DNA of 64,000 nt from Naegleria gruberi (taxonomy: Eukaryota). The translations under genes and the position numbers were made by a program. Location: the NCBI GenBank assembly GCA_000004985.1, contig GG738878.1; one strand, given 5' to 3'. The notes beneath the pieces were generated by a model that saw only the letters and a program-made list of their open reading frames with translations, had not been told where the DNA came from and did no database searches. This document shows, piece after piece, positions 32,186 to 42,495 of this stretch; the stretch's first letter is position 1, and every line of letters begins with the position of its first letter.

Positions 32186-32467
32186 TTAATAAAAGATGCT
32201 AGAATAATATTCTTCTTCTTCATCATCATCGTCATTGTTTTGAGTTGGTGGAGGTGGACAAGGATCAACACCCTTATATTTAGTTTCCTTAATGTCTATA
32301 TCTCGTCCTGTAATGAGAGTGTGAATGTTTCGTTCAGAAAACTCAAATAGACCACATTTGACATGTTTCAGGAATGGAATTGGTGATTTTGGGAAGTTTT
32401 TCAAATCCTCTATCACAAACCAAATTCTTTTTCCAGTTTCAGCCAAATGTTTCAACACTTTAAACAC
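32186..32467 (-). CDS. hypothetical protein, 5' end unresolved (no in-frame ATG; the ORF-track start is GTG), acidic C-terminus
   Basis: Protein-like frame ...YAYPYGVFKVLKHLAETGKRIWFVIEDLKNFPKSPIPFLKHVKCGLFEF...DDDDEEEE. An upstream ATGAAGAGGATGATGGAATGG|GTAAAT... could be a first exon, but no canonical acceptor gives the right phase. Confidence 0.3.
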   Translation of the reverse strand: MFKVLKHLAETGKRIWFVIEDLKNFPKSPIPFLKHVKCGLFEFSERNIHTLITGRDIDIKETKYKGVDPCPPPPTQNNDDDDEEEEYYSSIFY

Positions 32468-32918
32468 TCCGTATGGGTATGCATAAGATCAACCTAATAG
32501 AAAGTTTCTGAATTAATTTTAGCCGAAACTACCTTGGCACTCTTTACAAGCTCAAAAATTTACCCATTCCATCATCCTCTTCATGCTAGGGAATCATTTC
32601 ATCATTCAATATTTTCTTCCCGATCATAGAAAATTATTTCCGATCATGATCACTCACGATCGTTCGGAACAATTATTTGAATTTGATTTTGTAGGTAAAA
32701 TTCATAATCTACACAACTCATTTCAATCCAATTAAAAGGTCCACAAGATCAAAAATATGAGGTGAAAAATAGGAAAAGATCAATTCCAAGCATTATTTTT
32801 TAGTTAAATTTAAAATCAAATTTCATAAGAGATTAGTGAAAGATGATACATAACAACCAACAAGAGAATTTATTGATCAAGTTTTCATATATCAGATTAA
32901 CAAGATTATTTGAAAAAA

Positions 32919-33856
32919 ATGGAATCAACATCAATGAATGAAATTGCACTTCTAGGAGGTTAGTAAGAATAAAAATTAGCATACTTTAATAAAACACGCA
33001 CAACAAAAAAGGTACTCAAGGAATTGGCAAGCAATGTCTCTTGTTTCTACTAATGAAGGGAGTGAGAGTGAGAGTTCTTGCTCGTAATCCATCAATGCTC
33101 TCTCCTCTCGATAGTAAATATTCCGATCGATTAAGCATTGTGAAGGGAGATGCTACCAAGGCAGAGGATGTTGCCCAATTAATTTCCAACTCTCAGGTCT
33201 CTCATGTTATTTGTGCTCTTGGAGTGAGAATGAATGAGCCAACCACTGTGGTTGAAAATGGAGTGATCAATGCAATTAGTGTAATGAAGAAACTTGATAG
33301 GGAAATGAGATTTGTGTTGGTTACTTCGTCAGCTCTTGTAAAATCGAATTCTAATTGGTTTTTTGATAATATTGTAAAGAAACACTTGTTGAATCATATT
33401 TACGATGATTTGGAAAGAGCTGAGAAGGCTTTGGTTGAATTGACCAAAGATTCAAAAATCAGTTATGCAATTGTTCGACCACCTCAACTTGTTGATGCAC
33501 CTGCTACTCTCGATTTGATCTACAAGGAAGGAGATGAACAACCAAAAGGAACACATCTCGTCACGAGAGAAGATGTTGCCTCTGTTTTATTAGAATGTAT
33601 CTTTGACAAACAGTTCAATACTGGCAATAGAATATTTAATGTTGATACTACTCGAAAGTTGGATGTCAAAGTGGATGTAATTAAGATTTTGAGATCTGTA
33701 ACACCATACCCAAAGTATTTAATGATTAGATCATTCATGTTTTCAATTCAGGCTGCAATTGGATTCTTGATTGGCTTTTCTCTCTTCAAACTCAAATCAT
33801 TGCTATTCCCTCAACTTGAAGAACACATTATAAAGTATCTCAGTAAACATAAATAA
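32919..33856 (+). CDS. NAD(P)H-binding atypical SDR (NmrA / flavin-reductase BLVRB-like), exons 32919..32958 and 33012..33856; intron 32959..33011 (53 nt, GTTAGT...AAAAG)
   Basis: The spliced N-terminus MESTSMNEIALLGGTQGIGKQ... recreates a GxxGxxG dinucleotide-binding motif. The ORF-track call 33041-33856 is the downstream part with a TTG start. Confidence 0.6.
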
Positions 33857-33864
33857 ATCAAAGA

Positions 33865-34912
33865 TTAAACTTCAAATCTAATAATTTTTCCATTAGTAGT
33901 TCCAATGATAAGAACCTCATCAGTGTAAAGGATACTAGCAATTCTTTCATTAATTTCAATGAGGGGAGCATTATCATTGGGAATGGTTTTGAATGGATGT
34001 TTTGCACTGTTGGAATCAAAGACGTACACCCAAATATAACCTTTGGAATCTGTTGCAGAATTATTTCCCAACACAATCTTGCTTTCATCCATTTGATAAT
34101 AGGCCAATTGTTGGGAACTTGTCTGAATTGTTTTTAAATGTTTTACCTGTTGTTGTATTAAATCCTTTGCTGATTCAATTTTGTACAATGAAATTCTATT
34201 ATGAAAATCAACAAATAAAATGTTTCTAAAAAAAGACAAATTATCAATTGTTTGATTGTAAAAATCGCCCATTTCCAATTGTTCCTCTTCAAATGTATTC
34301 AATTCATAACACTTTAAATCGTGTCCAATTCCAGCAGCTATTATTTTCTTAATCTCATTATTGATAGCAAATGTTTTTAATCCATAATCCAATCCCAAGT
34401 TTCCACTAATTTCTGCATTAAACTTGAAATTTTCAATATTGAATAAATATACTTCTCCACTCAAATCACAAATCATTAAATCCACCTCTGAATACCATTC
34501 CATTTTAATAAATTCCTTTCTTTCTTTCTTCTTACTTGTTATTTGTCCAAGTTTAAGATCATCACCTAATTGATAAACAATAAAAGAGCCTTTGCAAAGT
34601 ACGAATAATAAACCAGATTTAGCACTATACGAATATAATTATAATAATTAAATTAAGCTACAACAACAATACATACATCATTTGAATGGGTGCATCTTCC
34701 AATTCTATAACAGAAAAAACTTTCTGTGTATTGGGCACATTCCTCAATCCGATCACTTTCTTATTCGTTGCTGCAAAAACAAATTGTTTTAAAATTGCTA
34801 GACACGAAATTGGATATTCGGAAATTTGCATGGTGGAGCCTATCTGCTGCTTCCATAAAGAATTATTCTGGTTCTGAAGAAGCATCTGTTGTGGCTGGTA
34901 ATGTTTGCTCAT
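33865..34912 (-). CDS. beta-propeller-like (WD40-like) hypothetical protein, exons 34912..34677 and 34624..33865; intron 34676..34625 (52 nt, GTATGT...TATAG)
   Basis: ORF-track pieces 34658-34912 and 33865-34503 join in phase 2 across a canonical intron. The downstream frame is open back to the acceptor. Confidence 0.55.
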
Positions 34913-35184
34913 TTTTTTTATTTGAATTTTTTGAGTTTTTTAAGTTTTTTGGAATTCAATTTTGGGATTTGTGAAGCATTGGTGAAAATTAATCCAAACA
35001 TTGAGGAATGGAATTTAATGTTGCTTAATTCTGAACCACCAATTATTTAGCAAAAATATTTTGATTCGGAATTAATAATGTAAAAGTTTACAAAAACTGA
35101 AACGTGATTTAAAAAAAATGCATGAAGAGAATTACTACGGAATGGATCACTCGTTGATTCAATTATTAAAACAACAAATCATGG

Positions 35185-36972
35185 ATGGAAAAGAATGGAA
35201 AATATGATCAAGAAAATAGGCTTTCACTTTTAAAGAAAATTGAAAAGACAACACTTGATTATTTTCTATTGATTTTTAATAATCATCAAGATCATGGAAA
35301 GGAATTAAAAGAATTAGGCTTTGATGTGGGAATATTGAGTAAATTGGTGGAGAATGAAAAATCAAAGAAATTCCGAAATGATTTTGATGAAATTAAAAAA
35401 GAATTGAAGGATCAGATTAATAATGAAGGAGTTGATATTGGAGAGGTGATTGTTCAATGTGTTTTACATCAGAATTTTGAACATGTGGAGGAGTTTTCTT
35501 CTGCTTTCTATTCAATTCTTGAACTTTCGAATGCAAGACAAACATTGACTAGAGGAATTATTTACTCAATATTGGTGGGTGAGAATTCCACTACGATTCA
35601 ACATGGTTTTGATGAGATGGAAAGAGTTTTACTACTGAGAGGTTGTAATATTTCATCATTGTACCGTCCATTGTTTGTCAAATTTACAAAAGCAGTGAAA
35701 GGAAATCCAGTTGCAGATGAATTAGAATCCATTGACGAATCAAAAATTAATCCTAAACTCAAGAATAATTATACCATTATTCTGAAAGATCAAGATGATT
35801 TTTATGATGTGCCATTTGCAGAATATTTTCAAAAAGAGTATGAACCAATCATTAACGAGTTCTATCAATTAATCAATGATTTAACACTTCTCAAAGATCA
35901 TAATTATCCATACTTGAATGAATATATTGCATATATTCAAAAATATATTGAATGTTTACAAGAAAGAGACAGCTCAAAATTAGAAGATGTATACAGAGAA
36001 TTGGATGAATTGTGGATGGATATCAAATATCACATTCAATATGTACATGATATTGAGTATGGATATTGTGATTCTTTGAGATGTAAAGTAACACCTGATT
36101 TCAGTGTTAGATTGGTTGATGAGGAATACCAAGATGTAAATAATTTTATCAAGGAAAAGATTACAAAACGATTATTGGATTACTTCTCCAATAGAAATAC
36201 AAATCTCGGAAAGAAAGGAGTAAGCACTATAGAAAAGTCATCCTGTTTTATTTATTACTTTCCATTCTTGTGTGGAAGCAGCTTGAATTTCAGATTTTCT
36301 GGTCAATCAATCCCAAACAGACCAGAAGTCTCTTCCAGTAAAGGTGTAAAAATATTTTTTGATCCAGTGGCAAGTGACATGTACAATTCACAAACAAGAC
36401 AAACAGCTAGAAAGTTATTTGAACAATGTGATGATATTGAGAATAACATGACAGCATCAGAGGCCATTCGATTCCATATTGCATCACATGAGCTAGGTCA
36501 TGCCTCCTATAACTTGTCGAGTATTAAGGAATCTATTACAACATCCACTAAAACTCTATTGGAAGAACCAAGAGCTCAATTGACTGCATGCTTTGCCATC
36601 AAATTACTCTATGATCATGGTGATATCACCAAAGAGGAGATGGACAGAGGATTACTATTTTTTGCTGCTGAGGATTTGAGTAATTTTGTAATGGCTGGAA
36701 AAGTTGCATTCGAACCTTACATTATTTCTGGAATTAATTGCTATGGAATTTACGAAACTGTTGGATATATGTCTATTGTAAATGACAGGATTCATATCAA
36801 TAATGAAAAATCCTATGAAGCACTCTGTAAACTTGAAGAATTATTCGAAACAATTTTACAAGCCGAAGACGAAAATGATGGAAACAAACTTGAAACCATT
36901 TTACAACAAATGCAAAACAAACCTCCAATCATTACCTGGATGTATAAGAAACTTAACCTTGACCTTGCCTAA
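35185..36972 (+). CDS. hypothetical protein (595 aa) containing an HExxH motif (IASHELGHASYNL), possible zinc metallopeptidase-like
   Basis: ATG start, single long ORF. Only the HELGH motif is suggestive; no family confidently recognised. Confidence 0.4.
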   Translation: MEKNGKYDQENRLSLLKKIEKTTLDYFLLIFNNHQDHGKELKELGFDVGILSKLVENEKSKKFRNDFDEIKKELKDQINNEGVDIGEVIVQCVLHQNFEHVEEFSSAFYSILELSNARQTLTRGIIYSILVGENSTTIQHGFDEMERVLLLRGCNISSLYRPLFVKFTKAVKGNPVADELESIDESKINPKLKNNYTIILKDQDDFYDVPFAEYFQKEYEPIINEFYQLINDLTLLKDHNYPYLNEYIAYIQKYIECLQERDSSKLEDVYRELDELWMDIKYHIQYVHDIEYGYCDSLRCKVTPDFSVRLVDEEYQDVNNFIKEKITKRLLDYFSNRNTNLGKKGVSTIEKSSCFIYYFPFLCGSSLNFRFSGQSIPNRPEVSSSKGVKIFFDPVASDMYNSQTRQTARKLFEQCDDIENNMTASEAIRFHIASHELGHASYNLSSIKESITTSTKTLLEEPRAQLTACFAIKLLYDHGDITKEEMDRGLLFFAAEDLSNFVMAGKVAFEPYIISGINCYGIYETVGYMSIVNDRIHINNEKSYEALCKLEELFETILQAEDENDGNKLETILQQMQNKPPIITWMYKKLNLDLA

Positions 36973-37312
36973 TTCCCTTAATGACCTCGACCACATTTTC
37001 ATTATTTACTCTCCCTATAATACCCATCATTCTGCATCAACTTCAAAACAATAGAAAAACTAATCATCACTAGTCCATTAGAGAATTTCATCATTCCAAT
37101 TTCATTTCCTTACTTGCAATTTTCCAATCCGCGTTTACTGTAAATTTTTGGGTTTTTAGCGAATTTAAAAAAATAGTCACAAACCTCTCCGCGCAACAGA
37201 GATTTGATTTTCCCTTAAATTAAGTAAATTTTAAGAGAGGGTGGAAATATAAATTGGAGGATGATGGTAGGTTATTGTTAGTGGTAGAGAATAATGTTGG
37301 TGTTTTTAAAGA

Positions 37313-38224
37313 ATGGAAATCATGATTAATAAATCTAATATTCGGGAAGGAAAAAAACAAAAAGGTGATGATGAGGAACAAACAAGTTTCAATGATGAGA
37401 AGAGTAGGAAAGATACAGCAAAACATCAGGTACAATCGCCTCTTATCACTAAATTAAAGATACAATCTTTGGAAAAGGAAATTAAATTGCAAAATGAATT
37501 AATCGAACAATCAGAGGAGGATTATTCAATGAGGGTGACTTACCTTCAGAGTATGCTTGAGTCCGTATGTAAGGACATTATTAATATTGGAAATCAATCC
37601 TTAGTAGAAGGAGAACAAGAAGAAACAATATGTTTGGAAGGAGATTCTACTTTGGAAGTGTCAATGATTCCCAACCAAACAGAAATATCTCCAATTAAAA
37701 AGAGCTCTATGGAATTTGATTCGCCCATGTTGGAAGACCTTATTTTTGTGGAAGGATTTGGAGAAGGAGATGCAGAACAATCAACAACTATGAAAGAACA
37801 AGAAAATCAAACCGAGAAGTATTTATTGGAAAGTAATACTTCAAATCTAAGTGTTATCAATGAAAGTGAGATTGATAACCAACTAAAGGATCTCAATAGA
37901 AAATTGAGAGACGTTGAAGGACAATTAGCAATGAATAATCACAGTTCCAAGCTTGATATTTCAAATTTGGAAAAGGATTTATCAGATAAAATTGAAGGCA
38001 TTGACAAGAAGATTGATTCCTTAGACTCTAAAGAAGAGACAGTGCTTTATTCTATCAAGAGACTCTCAATGGATTTGAGAAAACCTGAACAATCACAAGT
38101 TAAAATTACGGAAATTGTTCATCACAATTATCTGAACTTTAAGGTCTTGGCAGCAATTTTAATATTTGCTGTTGCCATCTACTTTGGGCTCCAATTAACA
38201 AGCTATGACACACCAACATTTTAA
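37313..38224 (+). CDS. coiled-coil tail-anchored membrane protein (303 aa)
   Basis: ATG start. Heptad-rich acidic sequence with a single C-terminal TM segment, VLAAILIFAVAIYFGLQL. Confidence 0.45.
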   Translation: MEIMINKSNIREGKKQKGDDEEQTSFNDEKSRKDTAKHQVQSPLITKLKIQSLEKEIKLQNELIEQSEEDYSMRVTYLQSMLESVCKDIINIGNQSLVEGEQEETICLEGDSTLEVSMIPNQTEISPIKKSSMEFDSPMLEDLIFVEGFGEGDAEQSTTMKEQENQTEKYLLESNTSNLSVINESEIDNQLKDLNRKLRDVEGQLAMNNHSSKLDISNLEKDLSDKIEGIDKKIDSLDSKEETVLYSIKRLSMDLRKPEQSQVKITEIVHHNYLNFKVLAAILIFAVAIYFGLQLTSYDTPTF

Positions 38225-38251
38225 AACCACATGTGATTATACATCAGGACT

Positions 38252-41200
38252 TTATAGCAAATTAATCTTGAACTCGTTTTTAACAGTCTCTCTCACATTG
38301 GTTTCGAGTTTTGACAAGGCAAAATAGGCAGCTGTCTTTTGAGATTGCTCAGGTTGTTGCTGCTGCTTGTAATAGTAGATTTGACTTCCAAATAATTGTT
38401 TGGAATAAATGAAACCATCTCTGTCATTTTTGAGGAAGAGTTTTGTAACGGCCTTTCCAGTCTTTGGTTGTTGGGCCTCTTCATTCCACCATTCTACTTG
38501 TTGATTTTCTGTAGAGTTGAGATAAGTATTTCTGGCCTTTGCTACATTAACAAAGAAGGTCTTGCTTGAAATATTGGTTGTTGTTGCCATACTATTAAAT
38601 TCATCATACATTAGACAGAATGAGTTGGTATCTGTTGTTTGTTCTCCATTATTATTAGTAGCTGGTGCTCTCTTATATCTGACATTACCATTAAGCTTGT
38701 ATGGTGCTGACTCCTCTCTAGCAAGAATCATGTTGGTATAACTTGATCTATCCATTTTTCTGGATATTTGTCTCAAAATTGGTTTCATCTCAGTTCGAAT
38801 CTTGATGATACAATCATTGAGATCGCATCTCCAATTGAAGGACTCCTTAAATTCCCATAATAAGCATAGTGATAGATCTCTATATCTATATGTTATTAAT
38901 GCATGCTTCTTCATTGATGTAGTGTTAGAATCATTTGAATTAAGATAGACTTGCAAATAGTCAATTTGATCTTCCTCGCTGAGAACTATAAATTCTGATT
39001 CCTTATCTCCAGAAATAATAAACATGTTGTAATCCAAATTGATACGAGAAATTTTTTCCTTTGATTCGCTATTGGTTGGATTTTCTTCATCCTCAGAATA
39101 TTGTAAATCCTGAACAGCTGTTGTTTCATACATGGACCAGTCATCAATCATGTATGCGTTAATACCAAAAGCACTATTTTCATTTGGTAATGGGCTTGGA
39201 GCATAGGTTGTGCTTGCATTTGATTGGACGGAGGCATTACTCAAACCACCAGGTGAAGATTCGTGGAAACTACTTCTCGATCTATTCTCTGGTGTCAGAG
39301 TTCTTTCTCTGGCAGATCCAATACTAGACTTGGAGAGTGATTTTACCAATGGGCTCACTGTTGCTCCCGAAGTCAATAAATTACTGGTGCTATTTGATTT
39401 GGCATTTGATCGGTAAGGGCTTTGAGTATTTACAGGTGTGCCAGGAGTTTTGAACTTTCTCAGTGGAATTGGTGTAATATGGCTCGAGTCTGGTGTGGAT
39501 ACGAATGGGTTATCACTTTGTGGTGTACCAACAACACTTCTTGCTTTAACCCCGTTTAATGGTGTAAATTTGGTCATTGGACTTGAAACAATCTCTGCAT
39601 CGAATGATTCATCATATCTGTCCTGATATTCACACAAATTCTTTTCAATACATTTTAGTCTGAATAAAATAAATTGAACAACCTTTTCATCCAAATTATT
39701 GAGAGCTACTAGACCCTTACTTTCGAAAAACATTGCCGAGCCGATAAGGGATCCCCGTTCCTCAGTGATTTGAGTATCCTCATTAATTGATAAATTTTCC
39801 AATTGTTTCTGTACCATTCTTGAGAGTGAGACTCCAAGGGTATTAAAGTTATAATTTGGCTTGACTCGTGGCATTGTTGATCCATAAGAATCCTGCAATT
39901 GATTCAATATGGTCATGGCTTTGATAAATATATTCTTTTCAGGAACTTCTGCATAGGGAATGGCATGTGGGAATATTCTTTGAGTCATGGCCTTAATTGG
40001 CAGATCATCTGGAATTTTTTGACTTACAGTATACATTTTGATGAGGACATTTAAATCGTCAAGAACCATCTCCTGATCAGAATTCCATCTCCGTTCAGTA
40101 TTAGGTCTCTTCTTGTAGATATTGGAGACGATTGGGTTATATGGTGATGCAATCCATGGTGTTCGATGATTATCATTTGGAACTATTGACCTCACTGGGA
40201 ATGGCCCTTCAATAATATCCTCAAAAACATCCAAACTACTCTCAAACTCATTGGTATGAGAGGTGTAAAATTCAGTTTTGGCAGCTTCAATTTCCTTCTC
40301 TCTCTTATTTAGTGAGCTTCTATCTGAAAGTACTTGCTTAATATTGTAGGTTCCATAAATAAAGGCAAAGGAATCGAGAATGTGACGTAAATTTTCGTGT
40401 AAAATATAATTTGGAGTACTTATTGGAGCACATAGACAGTAGATCAAGTTGTAATATCTCACAATTGCCATTTTAGAGTGATTGAATTGTACCATATTGA
40501 CAGGATGGTTACTTTCTTTAGATTGAACTCGAGGTACAGCTGTTGCTTCAGCCTTGAGTGAAGATGTGAGAAGTGATTTGGTATTGTCAGCTGAAGTTGG
40601 TGGAGAAATTGAGTTGTTATCAAAGCCGTTTTCTTCTGGAGAAAGTGTTTCAAAAACGAGAGGGTGGAAAGAATCAGTAAAAATCAAATATGATTGAATA
40701 TAACCAATAATATGGAGTTGTGATGTTTTTGAGACTGTACTTGGATAGAAATAAATTAATTGTTCCTCCAATAAATCAGTTTCATTATCTGTGACCTGAT
40801 CATCTTGTCTATATTCATCATACATGTCGAATTGTTCTTCTTCTTGATCATCATGTGAAGAGAATGTATGTCTTCCTCTCTCGCTTCCTTCATCCAACTC
40901 AGTTTCACTACTGTTTGTGAAAACCATAAAACCATTTCTAAAGAATGACAATCCTTCATTCTTTAACTTTTTCTCCATTTCATCTTCATCCCTCATCACA
41001 TTTGTTTTCCTTTGTTCCATGAGTTTTTTCATACGATTGACCTCTCTTTCTCTTTCCTTCTCTCGAGCCTTTTTTTCCTCCTTGTGAGTTAATTGATATC
41101 CTGTAATATTGATCGAGAGAGGAATATCGAATTGAGATAAAGCTCCAATCGATCCAAAACCATCCAGATCCACAAAAGTGTTATCTCCACCATTATTTTG

Positions 41201-41485
41201 CTGTTGTTGCATGGCAATTTGTGCCAATGATGATGATGGAGTTTCATTATTCGGAATGATGACTTGTTGCTGAGAATTATTTGTAGTAGAGGTGGTAGGA
41301 CCAGTATAGGCACTCATTGGTGTTTCGTCCTCTTCTAATAATGTTAAATTCTGATGCATATGAGAAAAGTAAATACTATGAAGAAGATTTGAATCGGTAG
41401 AAAAGACTGTTGTTGTGGGTGTTGCATTTGATGAATTTTTGTCCTTGTTAGGATCATTCTTTGTCATGGTGAATGTTCTCATCAT
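38252..41485 (-). CDS. large hypothetical protein (1077 aa), weak resemblance to longin-domain trafficking proteins (Mon1/Ccz1/HPS-type); low-complexity S/T/N linkers
   Basis: ATG ATG start. Globular blocks (LHIIGYIQSYLIFTDSFHPLVFETL...MAIVRYYNLIYCLCAPIS; C-terminal ...ITYRYRDLSLCLLWEFKESFNW...) separated by low-complexity regions. Family not established. Confidence 0.35.
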   Translation of the reverse strand: MMRTFTMTKNDPNKDKNSSNATPTTTVFSTDSNLLHSIYFSHMHQNLTLLEEDETPMSAYTGPTTSTTNNSQQQVIIPNNETPSSSLAQIAMQQQQNNGGDNTFVDLDGFGSIGALSQFDIPLSINITGYQLTHKEEKKAREKEREREVNRMKKLMEQRKTNVMRDEDEMEKKLKNEGLSFFRNGFMVFTNSSETELDEGSERGRHTFSSHDDQEEEQFDMYDEYRQDDQVTDNETDLLEEQLIYFYPSTVSKTSQLHIIGYIQSYLIFTDSFHPLVFETLSPEENGFDNNSISPPTSADNTKSLLTSSLKAEATAVPRVQSKESNHPVNMVQFNHSKMAIVRYYNLIYCLCAPISTPNYILHENLRHILDSFAFIYGTYNIKQVLSDRSSLNKREKEIEAAKTEFYTSHTNEFESSLDVFEDIIEGPFPVRSIVPNDNHRTPWIASPYNPIVSNIYKKRPNTERRWNSDQEMVLDDLNVLIKMYTVSQKIPDDLPIKAMTQRIFPHAIPYAEVPEKNIFIKAMTILNQLQDSYGSTMPRVKPNYNFNTLGVSLSRMVQKQLENLSINEDTQITEERGSLIGSAMFFESKGLVALNNLDEKVVQFILFRLKCIEKNLCEYQDRYDESFDAEIVSSPMTKFTPLNGVKARSVVGTPQSDNPFVSTPDSSHITPIPLRKFKTPGTPVNTQSPYRSNAKSNSTSNLLTSGATVSPLVKSLSKSSIGSARERTLTPENRSRSSFHESSPGGLSNASVQSNASTTYAPSPLPNENSAFGINAYMIDDWSMYETTAVQDLQYSEDEENPTNSESKEKISRINLDYNMFIISGDKESEFIVLSEEDQIDYLQVYLNSNDSNTTSMKKHALITYRYRDLSLCLLWEFKESFNWRCDLNDCIIKIRTEMKPILRQISRKMDRSSYTNMILAREESAPYKLNGNVRYKRAPATNNNGEQTTDTNSFCLMYDEFNSMATTTNISSKTFFVNVAKARNTYLNSTENQQVEWWNEEAQQPKTGKAVTKLFLKNDRDGFIYSKQLFGSQIYYYKQQQQPEQSQKTAAYFALSKLETNVRETVKNEFKINLL

Positions 41486-42191
41486 GATTATCAGATTGTT
41501 GTTGAAGAAGAATTAAAACAATTAAAGACTTTGAAAATCGATCCTCTGTATGATGATGTTATTGAACAATTAATGACTGTTATTCATGAATCCGTTTTAA
41601 TGTATCCACTTCAAATTATTAAATAATCGTATGATCAACGAGTTGTTAATATCAGTGCAAAAGCTAACACTCAATGGAAAGAAGATTTTTTTCAAGTCTG
41701 CTTTCATTTATTATTATTTGATGATGGTTGTCGGTTACGATATGAAGAAAAAAGACTTGATTGCATGACTAACTTTTATGACTGGTTGAAGGTGTTTCTT
41801 GTCTTGTTTATTGATAATTTGGAATTGATACCAAACCATTCGTTCTAAAACAATGAAGTCATTATAGAGGTATTGCTTCGATGTTGTATGAACCTTCCTT
41901 GTTGATGTTTCCTTTTCTGTCACATAAGAGCAGGTGCCTAGAGGAGGAGAATATAAAATCTGTATTACAAATATAAATTATATTCGTTGGTTAGTTTGTT
42001 GGAGGGGCCAATATCATGATGATCATGAAAGTCATTGCATTTACATTGACAATACTCATGTTTTGCATTCTATCATCATCAACTTATTCCGTTCCTCTTC
42101 TTTCCTCAACTTTGGGCATCATGATGAAGAAGTGTTGCTGCGTTGTGTAAGGCCCTTACGTGTTCATTCAACAGTTTGTTTGCTCCAAATT

Positions 42192-42199
42192 TTTGGCGC
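42192..42199 (+). promoter_or_regulatory. E2F-type site TTTGGCGC in the divergent promoter upstream of the BET bromodomain gene
   Basis: aaatTTTTGGCGCtatttt, about 300 nt upstream of the ATG at 42496. Confidence 0.35.
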
Positions 42200-42495
42200 T
42201 ATTTTATTGATTGGACGTTGAAAAACAAAAGAAAAAAAAACATAAACGCTAGGCCAGCTCTGAGCGCTTTAACAACATACTCTTGTTGCAAAGCACTTTT
42301 TTAACCACACACATCAGCTTTCCATCAACGGTTTTTTTGCGTTGCGTTCAAATTGTAAGACCACGTTTTTTAACAAGGCTTCGAACTCTGAAATTGCCAG
42401 CAAAACTTCTGTTTTTTAACGGAACGCGCGTAAATTCAATCTCACAAACAACCGCTATTCAATCTACAGCTTAGCAATTTACACCAACAGCAACA

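Larger units (their letters stand above)
27932..32235. repeat. diverged tandem duplication: unit A 27932..29923 (bounded by both gaps) and unit B about 30366..32235, each containing a kinase 3' portion, intergenic DNA and an NmrA-like gene
   Basis: Direct comparison gives about 1-2% substitutions. A about 170-nt indel in the intergenic part (28560-28860 versus 31040-31200). The 3' end of the minus-strand ORF 32186-32467 is also duplicated (copy A runs into the gap). Confidence 0.8.

Noticed and set aside
27932-32235. The duplicated block as a transposable element
   Set aside because: No terminal repeats, transposase, integrase or reverse-transcriptase coding capacity. Contents are ordinary cellular genes (kinase, NmrA-like).
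41486-42495. ORFs 41735-41923 and 41934-42221 in the divergent promoter region
   Set aside because: Short, no ATG context or domains. The region contains the E2F-like site and poly(A)/poly(T) tracts typical of promoters.
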